From an uncultured Pelagibacteraceae bacterium (GTDB lineage Bacteria > Pseudomonadota > Alphaproteobacteria > Pelagibacterales > Pelagibacteraceae), in NCBI GenBank assembly GCA_902635225.1, contig CACPNG010000003.1, positions 1,688 to 65,687 of the forward strand: a DNA stretch of 64,000 nt, given 5' to 3'. The notes under the pieces were generated by a model. That model did not search any database and was not told the DNA's origin. It saw only the letters and a program-made list of their open reading frames with translations. Position numbers and translations under genes: made by a program. Position 1 is the first letter of the stretch, and each line of letters starts with the position of its first letter. Shown in pieces: positions 8,898 through 17,637 of the stretch.

Positions 8898-9615
8898 AGA
8901 TAATTGGACCTCTTGGTGTAGGTCTTCACACTTTCGTTTAGGTCATGCAAGTGTAACAATTCATAAAGATGGTATTTCTCTAAATGCCTCTTTAAATAAA
9001 ATTGTTGATGTTGCTAAATACCAAAACGTAAGAATTGATCTTAATCATCCTGATCCAGATTTAGCTACTAAAATAAAGTGTGAGCTAAACAATGATGAGG
9101 AGGATAAAAATAACTTCAAGATAATAAGAGCACGTCATATAGAAGATAAAAGACGTGGCTTTATTGCTTGTAGGAATTTGATCGATAGTCAACCTAAGTT
9201 GAAAAAAATTGGTCAAAAATTAAGGTCAGCAAGAAGAATAGAAGTAAAAGAATACGGAAAGGATAAATCTTCTTTTACTTTCGATTTGCAGCCTGTCTGT
9301 GAATTATCAGTTGCTAATGCAGCTGATCTACCAGCTAAAGGTGGAATTTACAGATACGTAGATAAATCAGAAATTGTTTACTACGGTAGAGCAAAGAATA
9401 TCAAACTAAGGGCGAGAGACTCAATTAGGGATAATTGGGTTTACGATAAAATTGAATATTCTTTAATCGATAATGAGAGCGAGCAGGTTTTTTGGGAGTC
9501 TAAATTTTTAGATGAGTTTAAAGCCTCAAACAATCGTTTGCCTAGATACAATCAATTATCTGGAACATCTATCATTAAACTTGAAAGTAGGAGGTCGGAT
9601 GAGTCAGTTATTTAA
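8890..9615 (+). CDS. Protein with C-terminal UvrC/Cho-like GIY-YIG nuclease domain
   Basis: LPAKGGIYRY...IVYYGRAKNIKLR, conserved Glu (WESKFL), LPRYN; SD AGGAGGT at 8878-8884 before ATG 8890. Confidence 0.8.
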   Translation: MPKDNWTSWCRSSHFRLGHASVTIHKDGISLNASLNKIVDVAKYQNVRIDLNHPDPDLATKIKCELNNDEEDKNNFKIIRARHIEDKRRGFIACRNLIDSQPKLKKIGQKLRSARRIEVKEYGKDKSSFTFDLQPVCELSVANAADLPAKGGIYRYVDKSEIVYYGRAKNIKLRARDSIRDNWVYDKIEYSLIDNESEQVFWESKFLDEFKASNNRLPRYNQLSGTSIIKLESRRSDESVI

Positions 9616-10303
9616 ACTTGGACCATCAGACTTTGCTTTTTTGTGGAGTGAGTGTAAGCGTTGCTTCTACTTGAAGGTAAAGCATAACCACCAACGTCCT
9701 CGAAGTATTATGCCTAAGATTTTCATCTCTATTGATGGTCTTATGAAAGATTACTTTGAGCAAAAGTCACCAAAAGATATAGACGATAGTCTAAATGACG
9801 GTCATGTTGAATTTGGTGACAGGTGGATACAATCTAAACCTTACTTAGATAAAAAAACTGGAAACAGATGTTTTATAAAAGGTAAAACAGATACTGTTCT
9901 TAGCTTTAACGATAACAGTTATGGTATTGTTGATTTTAAGACATCAAGTGTTAAAGATGACAATGTAGCAAAATACTCAAGGCAGCTACATGCGTATACC
10001 TTAGCACTTGAAAATGCAGCACCTGGTAAACCTTCATTAAAACCAATTTCAAAGTTAGGTTTATTCATTGTCGAGCCAAAAAAACTCATCAAAAGTGAGA
10101 AAGATATTTACTCATTTGAAAATGAGGTTAGTTGGCAGGAAATTCAAAGAGATGATGAAACATTCTTTGAGTTCCTGAGAGAGGTGATGGCGGTGTTGTC
10201 TAGTGACAAGACACCTGCTGCTAATCCTTTCTGTTCACACTGTGATTATCTGAAAAGAAGTCAGGTAGATTTTGATAATATAAAAAATAGGATTGCATCC
10301 TAA
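9599..10303 (+). CDS. PD-(D/E)XK nuclease, RecB/Cas4-like
   Basis: GKTDTV, IVDFKT, RQLHAY motifs; Cys pairs CKRC and CSHC; SD AGGAGGT at 9589-9595 before ATG 9599. Confidence 0.85.
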   Translation: MSQLFKLGPSDFAFLWSECKRCFYLKVKHNHQRPRSIMPKIFISIDGLMKDYFEQKSPKDIDDSLNDGHVEFGDRWIQSKPYLDKKTGNRCFIKGKTDTVLSFNDNSYGIVDFKTSSVKDDNVAKYSRQLHAYTLALENAAPGKPSLKPISKLGLFIVEPKKLIKSEKDIYSFENEVSWQEIQRDDETFFEFLREVMAVLSSDKTPAANPFCSHCDYLKRSQVDFDNIKNRIAS

Positions 10304-10307
10304 ATTT

Positions 10308-10329
10308 TTGGGGCGCGAAAGCGCCCCAA
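10308..10329. terminator. GC-rich GNRA-capped hairpin between convergent genes
   Basis: TTGGGGCGC-GAAA-GCGCCCCAA, perfect 9-bp stem; no clear U-tract on either strand. Confidence 0.6.
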
Positions 10330-10333
10330 CTAA

Positions 10334-10462
10334 TCATTTAGAGGAACACTTCTTAGAACAATATTTTACTCTATCCCAATTAAGTCTCCATTTTTTTCTC
10401 CAGGTGAAAGGTCTATTACAAACTGGGCAAGTTTTTTTTGGCAAATTAGCTTTTTTTATCAT
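10334..10462 (-). CDS. DUF2256 family small Cys-rich protein (missed by ORF track)
   Basis: [42 protein letters not shown]; typical photolyase neighbour. Confidence 0.88.
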   Translation of the reverse strand: MIKKANLPKKTCPVCNRPFTWRKKWRLNWDRVKYCSKKCSSK

Positions 10463-10805
10463 TAAGTTGATGTTTATTTTTTATAAATAGGAAATAAGCT
10501 GCAATCTCATAGAAAATATTTAATATAAAAAATAGAGGTTTAATTTTAAATATTTTATATAAAAAATTATATTTAGGAACATTTTTCCAAATTATTAAAA
10601 AAGACTCTGCTCCATCTATTACTCTACCATCTTGAATAACATGCATTCTTCTTAAAAGTTCTTTATATGATTTTGAGGTAACTTTCTGAGCTTCTTCATT
10701 ATTTGTTACATCTATCCATTCTACACTGTTATCACTATGTTTTTTGTAATGATTGATTTCGGCTCTACAAATATTACATGTATTGTTAAAAAAAACTTTA
10801 ACCAT
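10446..10805 (-). CDS. DCC1-like thiol-disulfide oxidoreductase (DUF393)
   Basis: [13 protein letters not shown]; RMHV...G.V..GAESF..IW. Confidence 0.8.
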   Translation of the reverse strand: MVKVFFNNTCNICRAEINHYKKHSDNSVEWIDVTNNEEAQKVTSKSYKELLRRMHVIQDGRVIDGAESFLIIWKNVPKYNFLYKIFKIKPLFFILNIFYEIAAYFLFIKNKHQLNDKKS

Positions 10806-12279
10806 TAGTATTTTCTTTTATAAAATTGTTTGCTGCTTTAAAAATTCTTGTTTTTCTCTCTTTATTCATTTTTTCTGAAACTCTGACCATCATTGCAAGA
10901 CGTGGATTTTTTAAAAAGAATTTCTTATGTCTATCTATAAATTTCCAATATAATCCGTCCATTACATCACACCAAGGACCCTTTTTAAAATGCATCATCT
11001 TGAGAAAATAACTAGATCCACAAATATAAGGTTTAGTTGCAAAAATTCCGCCGTCACTAAACAACCCCATTCCATAAACATTAGGCGCCATCACCCAGTC
11101 AGATGAATCCACGAACATTTCCATAAACCATTTATAAACTTGTTTAGGATTTATCTCACAAAGATTCATTATATTTGCCAATATCATTAGCCTTTCAATA
11201 TGATGCGACCAGCCGTAGTTTTTAGCATTATTGATTGCATGATCTAACGGATCTAAACCAGTATTTCCGTCATACCAAGATTTTTTCATTTTTCTTTTAT
11301 GATTAAAAAAATTAGTGTTATCTAATCGATGATCATAGTTTTGGTAAATTCCTCTCATAAATTCTCTCCAACCTATAATCTGTCTAATATAACCCTCTAA
11401 GGAATTCATAGGTACTTTATTTTCAATCTTTCTTAACTTCTCTATTATTTCTTCAGGGGATATTAAACCTAAGTTTATAAGTGGGCTTAGCGCGCTATGA
11501 AAAACAGTATTTGATTTATCTGTCACTGCATCTTCATAATCCCCAAAAAGCTTTATTCTCTCTTTCAAAAACTCATCAAGCCATTTACTTGCGTCTTTTC
11601 GTGTAGTTGGAAACCAAAATTTATCAGTATTCCCTGGATGGTCTTTAAAATTAGAATTTATAAATTTTTTAAGAGTAATAGTTTCCTTTGTCTCTTTTGC
11701 CTTAGAAATTGCAGGAACTTTTAAAGTATTTGGAAGTTTTTTTCTATTTTCTTCATCGAAACTCCATTTATTTCCTTTTGGAGTTCCATTCTTATTCATC
11801 AATAAATTCATTTTTGTTCTTACAATTTTATAAAAATTTGCCATGAAAGGCCGTTTATTTTTAGAAAGGTAATCTTTAAACTCATGTCTCTCCATTAAAA
11901 ACATTGGAGATCTAACTTGGTTGATCTTAAGTGAATTTTTTTTTCCTAAATTGAATATTCTTTTTTCAAAAAATTTATCCTCAATTTCAAAAAAGGTAAT
12001 TTCTTTTATCTTTTTTTCTTTAATAGTCTTTTCTAATTTTTTTTCGTAGGATAATTTAAAATCTTTATTTACATCTTTATAAATTACATTAAAATTTTTC
12101 GATTTTAGTTCGTCTTTGAAAGATCTCATTGAAGACAAAAAAAGAAGAATTTTTAATTTATGATGCTTTTCAAAAGTACATAAACCATAGTCCTCTGCCA
12201 TAAAAAAAATGTGATCTTTATAATCAGATAGATATTTTGGGTTAAATAATTGATTTCCTAAAATAATAAAAAGCTTCAT
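10798..12279 (-). CDS. Bacterial (6-4) photolyase, PhrB/FeS-BCP family, apparently lacking Fe-S cysteines
   Basis: ILGNQL, KWSFDEENR, FGDYEDA, EGYIRQIIGWREF, HHIERLM, WVMAPNV.GM..FSDGG.FATKPY. Confidence 0.88.
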   Translation of the reverse strand: MKLFIILGNQLFNPKYLSDYKDHIFFMAEDYGLCTFEKHHKLKILLFLSSMRSFKDELKSKNFNVIYKDVNKDFKLSYEKKLEKTIKEKKIKEITFFEIEDKFFEKRIFNLGKKNSLKINQVRSPMFLMERHEFKDYLSKNKRPFMANFYKIVRTKMNLLMNKNGTPKGNKWSFDEENRKKLPNTLKVPAISKAKETKETITLKKFINSNFKDHPGNTDKFWFPTTRKDASKWLDEFLKERIKLFGDYEDAVTDKSNTVFHSALSPLINLGLISPEEIIEKLRKIENKVPMNSLEGYIRQIIGWREFMRGIYQNYDHRLDNTNFFNHKRKMKKSWYDGNTGLDPLDHAINNAKNYGWSHHIERLMILANIMNLCEINPKQVYKWFMEMFVDSSDWVMAPNVYGMGLFSDGGIFATKPYICGSSYFLKMMHFKKGPWCDVMDGLYWKFIDRHKKFFLKNPRLAMMVRVSEKMNKERKTRIFKAANNFIKENTNG

Positions 12280-12363
12280 AGGTATTAAAATACATATTTT
12301 ATTTGTATATTACACGCGTCATTATTTGCATGTAAATAACCGTTAATAATGTTATTTTTAATT

Positions 12364-13074
12364 ATGAAAAAAGTAATTTTAGGTGCAACAGGATCGATTG
12401 GATCCTCTTTAGCAAAGAAATTAGTTGAGAGCGGTGAGGAATTACACTTAGTAGGTCGAGATGAGTCTAGCCTATCAGCACTAGCCAATGAGTTAAACTC
12501 AACTTTTACTGTGTGTGATGTTCTCGAAGAAAATTTTTCTGAAAAAATATTAGCAGATTTAAAAGATGAACAAATAAATGGTCTTGCTTTTTGTGTAGGT
12601 TCTATAGATTTAAAACCATTAAAGTTAACAAAAAAAAGTGATTTCATGCAGTCTTTCAATCTCAATCTTATTTCAGCAACAGAGACAATTAAGTCTTTAG
12701 CAGATAATTTAAAAAAAAATAAAGGTTCAATAGTTTTATTTTCAACAGTTGCCGTAAAACAAGGTTTTCCTAATCATGCGATTGTTTCATCAGCAAAAGG
12801 TGCAATAGAGGGTTTGACATTGGCTTTAGCCGCTGAGTTCGCCCCAAATGTTCGAGTGAACTGTATTGCCCCTAGTTTGACAAACTCTAAAATTTCAAAT
12901 TTTTTACTAAAAAATGAAAAAGTTGCTGAAGGTATCGCCAAAATGCACCCAATGAAGAGAATAGGTGAGGGAGCTGACTCTGCATCTGTTGCTAAGTTTC
13001 TTCTTACAGACGAGAGCTCTTGGATAACAGGTCAAATACTAGGAGTAGATGGAGGACGATCATCTGTCGCATAA
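12364..13074 (+). CDS. Short-chain dehydrogenase/reductase (atypical, no YxxxK Tyr)
   Basis: GATGSIG, RVNCIAPSLT, WITGQILGVDGG; catalytic region reads VSSAK. Start taken at ATG 12364. Confidence 0.85.
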   Translation: MKKVILGATGSIGSSLAKKLVESGEELHLVGRDESSLSALANELNSTFTVCDVLEENFSEKILADLKDEQINGLAFCVGSIDLKPLKLTKKSDFMQSFNLNLISATETIKSLADNLKKNKGSIVLFSTVAVKQGFPNHAIVSSAKGAIEGLTLALAAEFAPNVRVNCIAPSLTNSKISNFLLKNEKVAEGIAKMHPMKRIGEGADSASVAKFLLTDESSWITGQILGVDGGRSSVA

Positions 13075-13105
13075 CAATTTAAATTTAAAAGTTTAAGTAA
13101 ATACT

Positions 13106-13594
13106 ATGAAAAATTTAATTATAGTAATTTTTTCCTTACTATTAAGCACAAGTTTGTTTGCAGCTGGCAGCGATAGCAGCAGTAGCTCGTCTAGCGAAAC
13201 ATCTCTGTACGAAGATGCTGTTAAATTAGTGAAAAGAGCTGGTAAATTAGAAAAAAAAGAAAAAACAGAAAAGGCTAAAAAACTTTATTCTCAAGCTTTT
13301 GTTAAATTAGAAAAAGCTCATAAATCAGATAAAAAAAATCCAGATATTCTTAATTACATGGGATTTACTTCAAGAAAAGTTGGAAATTTTGATCAAGCTG
13401 AGAAATTCTATTTAGAGGGTTTAAATATTAAACCAAATCATAATGGAATAAATGAATACTTAGGTGAACTTTATGTTCAAACTAATAGAATCGACAAAGC
13501 CAATGAGAGGTTAGAAGTTCTTAAGAACTGTAACTGCAAAGAATATGGAGATCTTGAGTTGATTATAAAAACTCGAGGTTCAAAAGTTTATTAA
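13106..13594 (+). CDS. Exported tetratricopeptide repeat protein
   Basis: Signal peptide, Ser-rich linker, NPDILNYMGF..RK.G and P.H.G..EYLGELY TPR pattern. Confidence 0.75.
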   Translation: MKNLIIVIFSLLLSTSLFAAGSDSSSSSSSETSLYEDAVKLVKRAGKLEKKEKTEKAKKLYSQAFVKLEKAHKSDKKNPDILNYMGFTSRKVGNFDQAEKFYLEGLNIKPNHNGINEYLGELYVQTNRIDKANERLEVLKNCNCKEYGDLELIIKTRGSKVY

Positions 13595-13968
13595 GATAAG
13601 TCTACAGCAAACTTTTTTAATTTTTCAATTGGTATAAGTTCTAAGGTCTTAATATTTGTCTTTTTCAAATAAACTGAGCAAGCTGCATCCTCTTCAATTG
13701 CTCTTGCGTACCAAGTAGCGCAAACGCACCAACAGTCACCATCTTTAAGCCCTGGAAAACCAAACTCTGGATGCGGGGTAATTAAATCATTACCTACTTT
13801 TTTTGACCAAAGCAAAAATTTATCTGTCACTTTTGCACAAACTGTATGAACCCCTCTATCATTTTTATCTGTATTACAACACCCATCCCTAAACCAACCT
13901 GTTAATGGGTCATTAGAACATGGTTCTAAAGGCTCACCGAAAACATTTTTTTGAATTTCATTACTCAT
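13591..13968 (-). CDS. DUF2237 family protein
   Basis: NVFGEPL..CS.DP.TGWFRDGCC, GNDL.TP.PEFGFPGLK.GD.WCVCA. Confidence 0.9.
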   Translation of the reverse strand: MSNEIQKNVFGEPLEPCSNDPLTGWFRDGCCNTDKNDRGVHTVCAKVTDKFLLWSKKVGNDLITPHPEFGFPGLKDGDCWCVCATWYARAIEEDAACSVYLKKTNIKTLELIPIEKLKKFAVDLS

Positions 13969-14573
13969 CTTGAAAAAACATTAGCAATTTTTTTATCTAT
14001 TTCTAGATTAAATGAAAAGGATCTTCTCTCTCCACTTGATTTAAATGGATATGCTGTATGCATCAAATAATGTGGAAAAAGAATTACATCACCTTCTTTA
14101 GGCTGATGGTTGTAAATACTATCGCTTAAAAACATCTTGTTTCCATTTATAAAATCAATTGTGCCATCGATTTTTGATTTTTTATGGCCTTTTGGAACAA
14201 ATTTTGGAATTTTTAAGTAACCCACACCAGATATATGCCCATCATGGTAATGTATTGGGTTATATTCATTATTAAATTGTCTCACTATCCAAAAATTTTT
14301 AATTGAAATTTTCTTTACATTTTTTCCAATAGTTTTAAAGATATATTTTTTTACTTCATTAGAAATTACTTTTTCTAAATTTTTTTTTACAAAAGATTTC
14401 GGTAATTGAAATTCTTGTTTTACCTGCCCGACTAATTTTTTCGAATAATCCAGTTTTTTTAATAAACTCTTTTTATTTAAAATTTGGTCAACCTCATTAT
14501 TAATTTTTTTTATTAATTTATTTGAAAATTTTAATTTAGCTATTTTTGGACCAAAAGGGCTTATTACTTTCAT
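13965..14573 (-). CDS. Putative 2OG-Fe(II) oxygenase
   Basis: W...Q...EYNPIHYH, ISGVGYL, LFP.YL.H.AYPF, ERRSFSFN. Confidence 0.75.
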   Translation of the reverse strand: MKVISPFGPKIAKLKFSNKLIKKINNEVDQILNKKSLLKKLDYSKKLVGQVKQEFQLPKSFVKKNLEKVISNEVKKYIFKTIGKNVKKISIKNFWIVRQFNNEYNPIHYHDGHISGVGYLKIPKFVPKGHKKSKIDGTIDFINGNKMFLSDSIYNHQPKEGDVILFPHYLMHTAYPFKSSGERRSFSFNLEIDKKIANVFSR

Positions 14574-14575
14574 AA

Positions 14576-15043
14576 TTATAGCTTAGTTGGATTAGGTTGA
14601 CCTTTATAAACTTTTTCAGGATCAAATTTTTTTTCTTTTTCTTTAAATTCTAATTTAATCTCTTCAGAATTTTCAATTTTTCCTAAAGGTATTGATCTGT
14701 AAAAGCATGATTTATATCCTACATGGCAACTTGCTCCGTTCCCTATATCTACTGACATCCACAATGCATCTTGATCATCGTCTATTCTTAAATCAATAAC
14801 TTTTTGCACAAAACCGCTTGTTTTTCCTTTGTGCCATATATCTTTTCTAGATCTACTCCAATAATGAGCTTCTTTAGTTTCAATTGTTTTTTTTAGAGCT
14901 TCCTCATTCATGTAACCGTGCATTAATAATTCACCGGAGCCACTGTCAGAGGTGGTTACTGGAATAAGTCCATCTTTATCAAATTTAGGAGATAGAAATT
15001 TTCCTTCTTCTACCTCAAAAACGCTTTCTCTCTTTTTGAACAT
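14576..15043 (-). CDS. hisI: Phosphoribosyl-AMP cyclohydrolase
   Basis: GLIP, YWSRSR..IWHKG.TSG, DDDQD, ASCH.GY.SCFYR; start taken at 15043. Confidence 0.93.
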   Translation of the reverse strand: MFKKRESVFEVEEGKFLSPKFDKDGLIPVTTSDSGSGELLMHGYMNEEALKKTIETKEAHYWSRSRKDIWHKGKTSGFVQKVIDLRIDDDQDALWMSVDIGNGASCHVGYKSCFYRSIPLGKIENSEEIKLEFKEKEKKFDPEKVYKGQPNPTKL

Positions 15044-15117
15044 GAGGGTAAAATAATGAAAAAAAGACAAAATAGCAATTTGCATTAATCAAATATGTCC
15101 TATAAAACCTTGAAACA

Positions 15118-15726
15118 ATGAAGTTAGTTAAAGACGCAGATAAAACATCCTCAAAAAAGCGTGAGGTTTCGGATAAACAGGCCGAAGAGGCATTTAAAAC
15201 TATTCTTAAATGGATAGGAGAAGATCCAAACAGAGAAGGTCTCGTTGAGACGCCAAAAAGAGTAATTAAAGCATTTAAGGAATATTTTAAAGGTTATCAT
15301 CAAGATGCTGAAGCTGATTTATCCAAAACGTTTGGAGACGTGGAGGGTTATGACGATATGGTAGTGGAGAAAAATATCACACTTGAAAGTCATTGCGAGC
15401 ATCATATGGCACCAATAATTGGAGTAGCACATGTAGCTTATATTCCTAACAAAAAGGTTGTGGGTTTAAGTAAATTAGCGAGGACGGTAGAAATATTCTC
15501 CAAAAGACTTCAAACTCAAGAAAGACTCACAATGCAGATCGCTAAAACTTTAATGAATTCATTAAACGCTAAAGGAGTAGCAGTTACCATTGATGCTGCT
15601 CATCAATGTATGACCATGAGAGGCGTCAAAAAGGAGAGAGCTACAACAGTTACTAACTATTTTTTAGGTTCTTTCAGAGAAGACTTAGGTATTCAAAATA
15701 GATATTTAAGATATATTAAAAAATAA
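15118..15726 (+). CDS. folE: GTP cyclohydrolase I
   Basis: GEDPNREGL.ETP.R, SHCEHH, GLSKLAR, RLQTQERLT, HQCM.MRG. Confidence 0.96.
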   Translation: MKLVKDADKTSSKKREVSDKQAEEAFKTILKWIGEDPNREGLVETPKRVIKAFKEYFKGYHQDAEADLSKTFGDVEGYDDMVVEKNITLESHCEHHMAPIIGVAHVAYIPNKKVVGLSKLARTVEIFSKRLQTQERLTMQIAKTLMNSLNAKGVAVTIDAAHQCMTMRGVKKERATTVTNYFLGSFREDLGIQNRYLRYIKK

Positions 15727-16728
15727 ATGTCTCAAAACTTTAAAGCCGTAGTAATAGATAATCAAAACGAAAAATTTACAAGAGAAATTAAAGAAATCGA
15801 CACAAGTCATCTTAAAGATGGAAATGTTTTAGTCAAAATAGATTATTCAAGTCTTAATTATAAAGATGCATTAATTTTAAATAATGGAGGCAAGATTGTT
15901 AGAAAATTTCCCTTTGTTCCAGGTATAGATTTTTCAGGTACTGTAGTTGAAAGTGAAGATAATAAATTTAAAAAAGACGATAAAGTAATTTTAACTGGCT
16001 TTAGGGTAGGAGAGGCTTTCTTTGGTGGTTTTGCTCAGTACGCTAAAGTTGACGCTAACTTTTTAATCAAAATACCTAAAGACTTAGATACTCATAAGTC
16101 TATGATGCTCGGAACAGCAGGTTTTACAGCTCTTTTGTGCTCTTTTGCAGTCAAGGCTAAAGAAGAATTATTGTTAGGTGAAAAAGTAAAAGATGTTTTG
16201 GTTACTGGCGCTACAGGGGGTGTTGGAAGTATTGCCGTAATGATCTTATCTAAAATGGGATATGATGTTCATGCTGTAACAGGAAAAAAAGATAAAAATG
16301 ATTATCTAAAAGGTTTAGGTGCGAAAAACATTATAGACAGAAAAGAATTTGAGGGAGAAAGTAAACTTCTAGAAAAAGGAGTTTGGGACGGAGTTGTTGA
16401 CACTGTAGGAGGCGCTTCCTTAACAAAAATATTTGCACAAACAAAACCCGGTGGAATAGTTGCTGCGTGTGGAAATGCAGGGGGAATAAAAATAAACACA
16501 AATGTGATGCCTTTTATTATAAGAGGAGTAAAACTTTGGGGCATCGATTCGTCTGGTTCCTCAATAAAAAGAAGAGAGTTTGTCTGGGGCGAAGCAGCGA
16601 AATTGATTGATTTTTCAAAAGTTCAATCATTTACTAAAGAGCTCTCGTTTTCTGAACTTTTAGATACTTATCCTATGCTTTTAAAAGGCGAGTTTTCTGG
16701 AAGAGCTATAGTAAATCCAAATAAATAA
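15727..16728 (+). CDS. acuI: Acryloyl-CoA reductase (YhdH/AcuI, MDR family)
   Basis: YSSLNYKD, VPGIDFSG, GTAGFTA, VTGATGGVGS, PFIIRGV.LWGIDS. Confidence 0.85.
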   Translation: MSQNFKAVVIDNQNEKFTREIKEIDTSHLKDGNVLVKIDYSSLNYKDALILNNGGKIVRKFPFVPGIDFSGTVVESEDNKFKKDDKVILTGFRVGEAFFGGFAQYAKVDANFLIKIPKDLDTHKSMMLGTAGFTALLCSFAVKAKEELLLGEKVKDVLVTGATGGVGSIAVMILSKMGYDVHAVTGKKDKNDYLKGLGAKNIIDRKEFEGESKLLEKGVWDGVVDTVGGASLTKIFAQTKPGGIVAACGNAGGIKINTNVMPFIIRGVKLWGIDSSGSSIKRREFVWGEAAKLIDFSKVQSFTKELSFSELLDTYPMLLKGEFSGRAIVNPNK

Positions 16729-16746
16729 ACTATAATCATTTAAATA

Positions 16747-17637
16747 ATGGATTGGGATAAATTAAAAATTTTTCATACTGTTGCTGAGGCATCAAGTTTC
16801 ACTAAAGCATCTACAATTTTAAACTTAAGCCAATCAGCAATTAGCCGCCAAATTCAAGGTTTAGAGACTGATTTAAAGGTCCAATTATTCGAGCGTCATG
16901 CTAGAGGTTTAGTTTTAACAGAAAATGGAGAGTATCTTTTTAAATCAGCTCATGAAGTAATTTCTAAATTAAAAGACGTTGAGTCAAATTTAAGTGGTCA
17001 TAAAGATAAACTAAATGGAAAACTAGTTGTTACAACAGTAGTAAGTTTTGGAACCACTTGGCTTACTCCAAGAATTAAAGAATTTATGGATCTTCATCCT
17101 GGCATAGAAATTGAATTAATTTTTGATGATAGAGAACTTGATTTAGCAACACGTGAAGCCGATGTCGCAATAAGAATGAGAAGACCTAAACAGTTGAATT
17201 TGATCCAGAAAAAATTCGTAGATTTTAATTATCACATTTACGGTTCAAATGAATATTTGGAAAAAAATGGTTATCCAAAAACATTAAAAGATTTAGATAA
17301 ACATAAATTTATTACTTATGGCAAAGGAGCTCCTTCTCCTGTTTATAATCCAGATTGGGTATTGAAAGTTGGTGCAAAAGATGGAAAAAAAAGAAGATCT
17401 TTGATGAAAGTTAATAGTGTTTATGGATTATTATTAGCAGTTCAAAGTGGTGTAGGTTTAGCTGCACTACCTGATTACATAGCTCACAATCAAAGTGGAA
17501 TTACAAAAGTTTTACCAAATGAACCAGGAAAGCCTACCGAAACACACTTTGTTTATCCTTCATCTCTTAAAAATAATGCAAGACTTATGGCTTTCAGAAA
17601 TTTTCTTTTTAGCAAGGTAAACGAATGGAAATTTTAA
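16747..17637 (+). CDS. LysR family transcriptional regulator
   Basis: MDWDKL.IF..VAE..SFT.A...LNLSQSAISRQI..LE HTH. Confidence 0.95.
   Translation: MDWDKLKIFHTVAEASSFTKASTILNLSQSAISRQIQGLETDLKVQLFERHARGLVLTENGEYLFKSAHEVISKLKDVESNLSGHKDKLNGKLVVTTVVSFGTTWLTPRIKEFMDLHPGIEIELIFDDRELDLATREADVAIRMRRPKQLNLIQKKFVDFNYHIYGSNEYLEKNGYPKTLKDLDKHKFITYGKGAPSPVYNPDWVLKVGAKDGKKRRSLMKVNSVYGLLLAVQSGVGLAALPDYIAHNQSGITKVLPNEPGKPTETHFVYPSSLKNNARLMAFRNFLFSKVNEWKF

Noticed and set aside
9599-10303. Cas4-like nuclease as evidence of a CRISPR-Cas locus
   Set aside because: No cas1/cas2 and no repeat-spacer array in the window; the ATCAA array has 5-bp units, not CRISPR geometry.
7500-10335. Target-site duplication or att repeats flanking the nuclease island
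   Set aside because: No convincing direct repeat at the two junctions by eye, and no recombinase gene.
10293-10490. 65-aa plus-strand ORF from the track
   Set aside because: Antisense shadow of the DUF2256 and DCC genes, and it crosses the hairpin.
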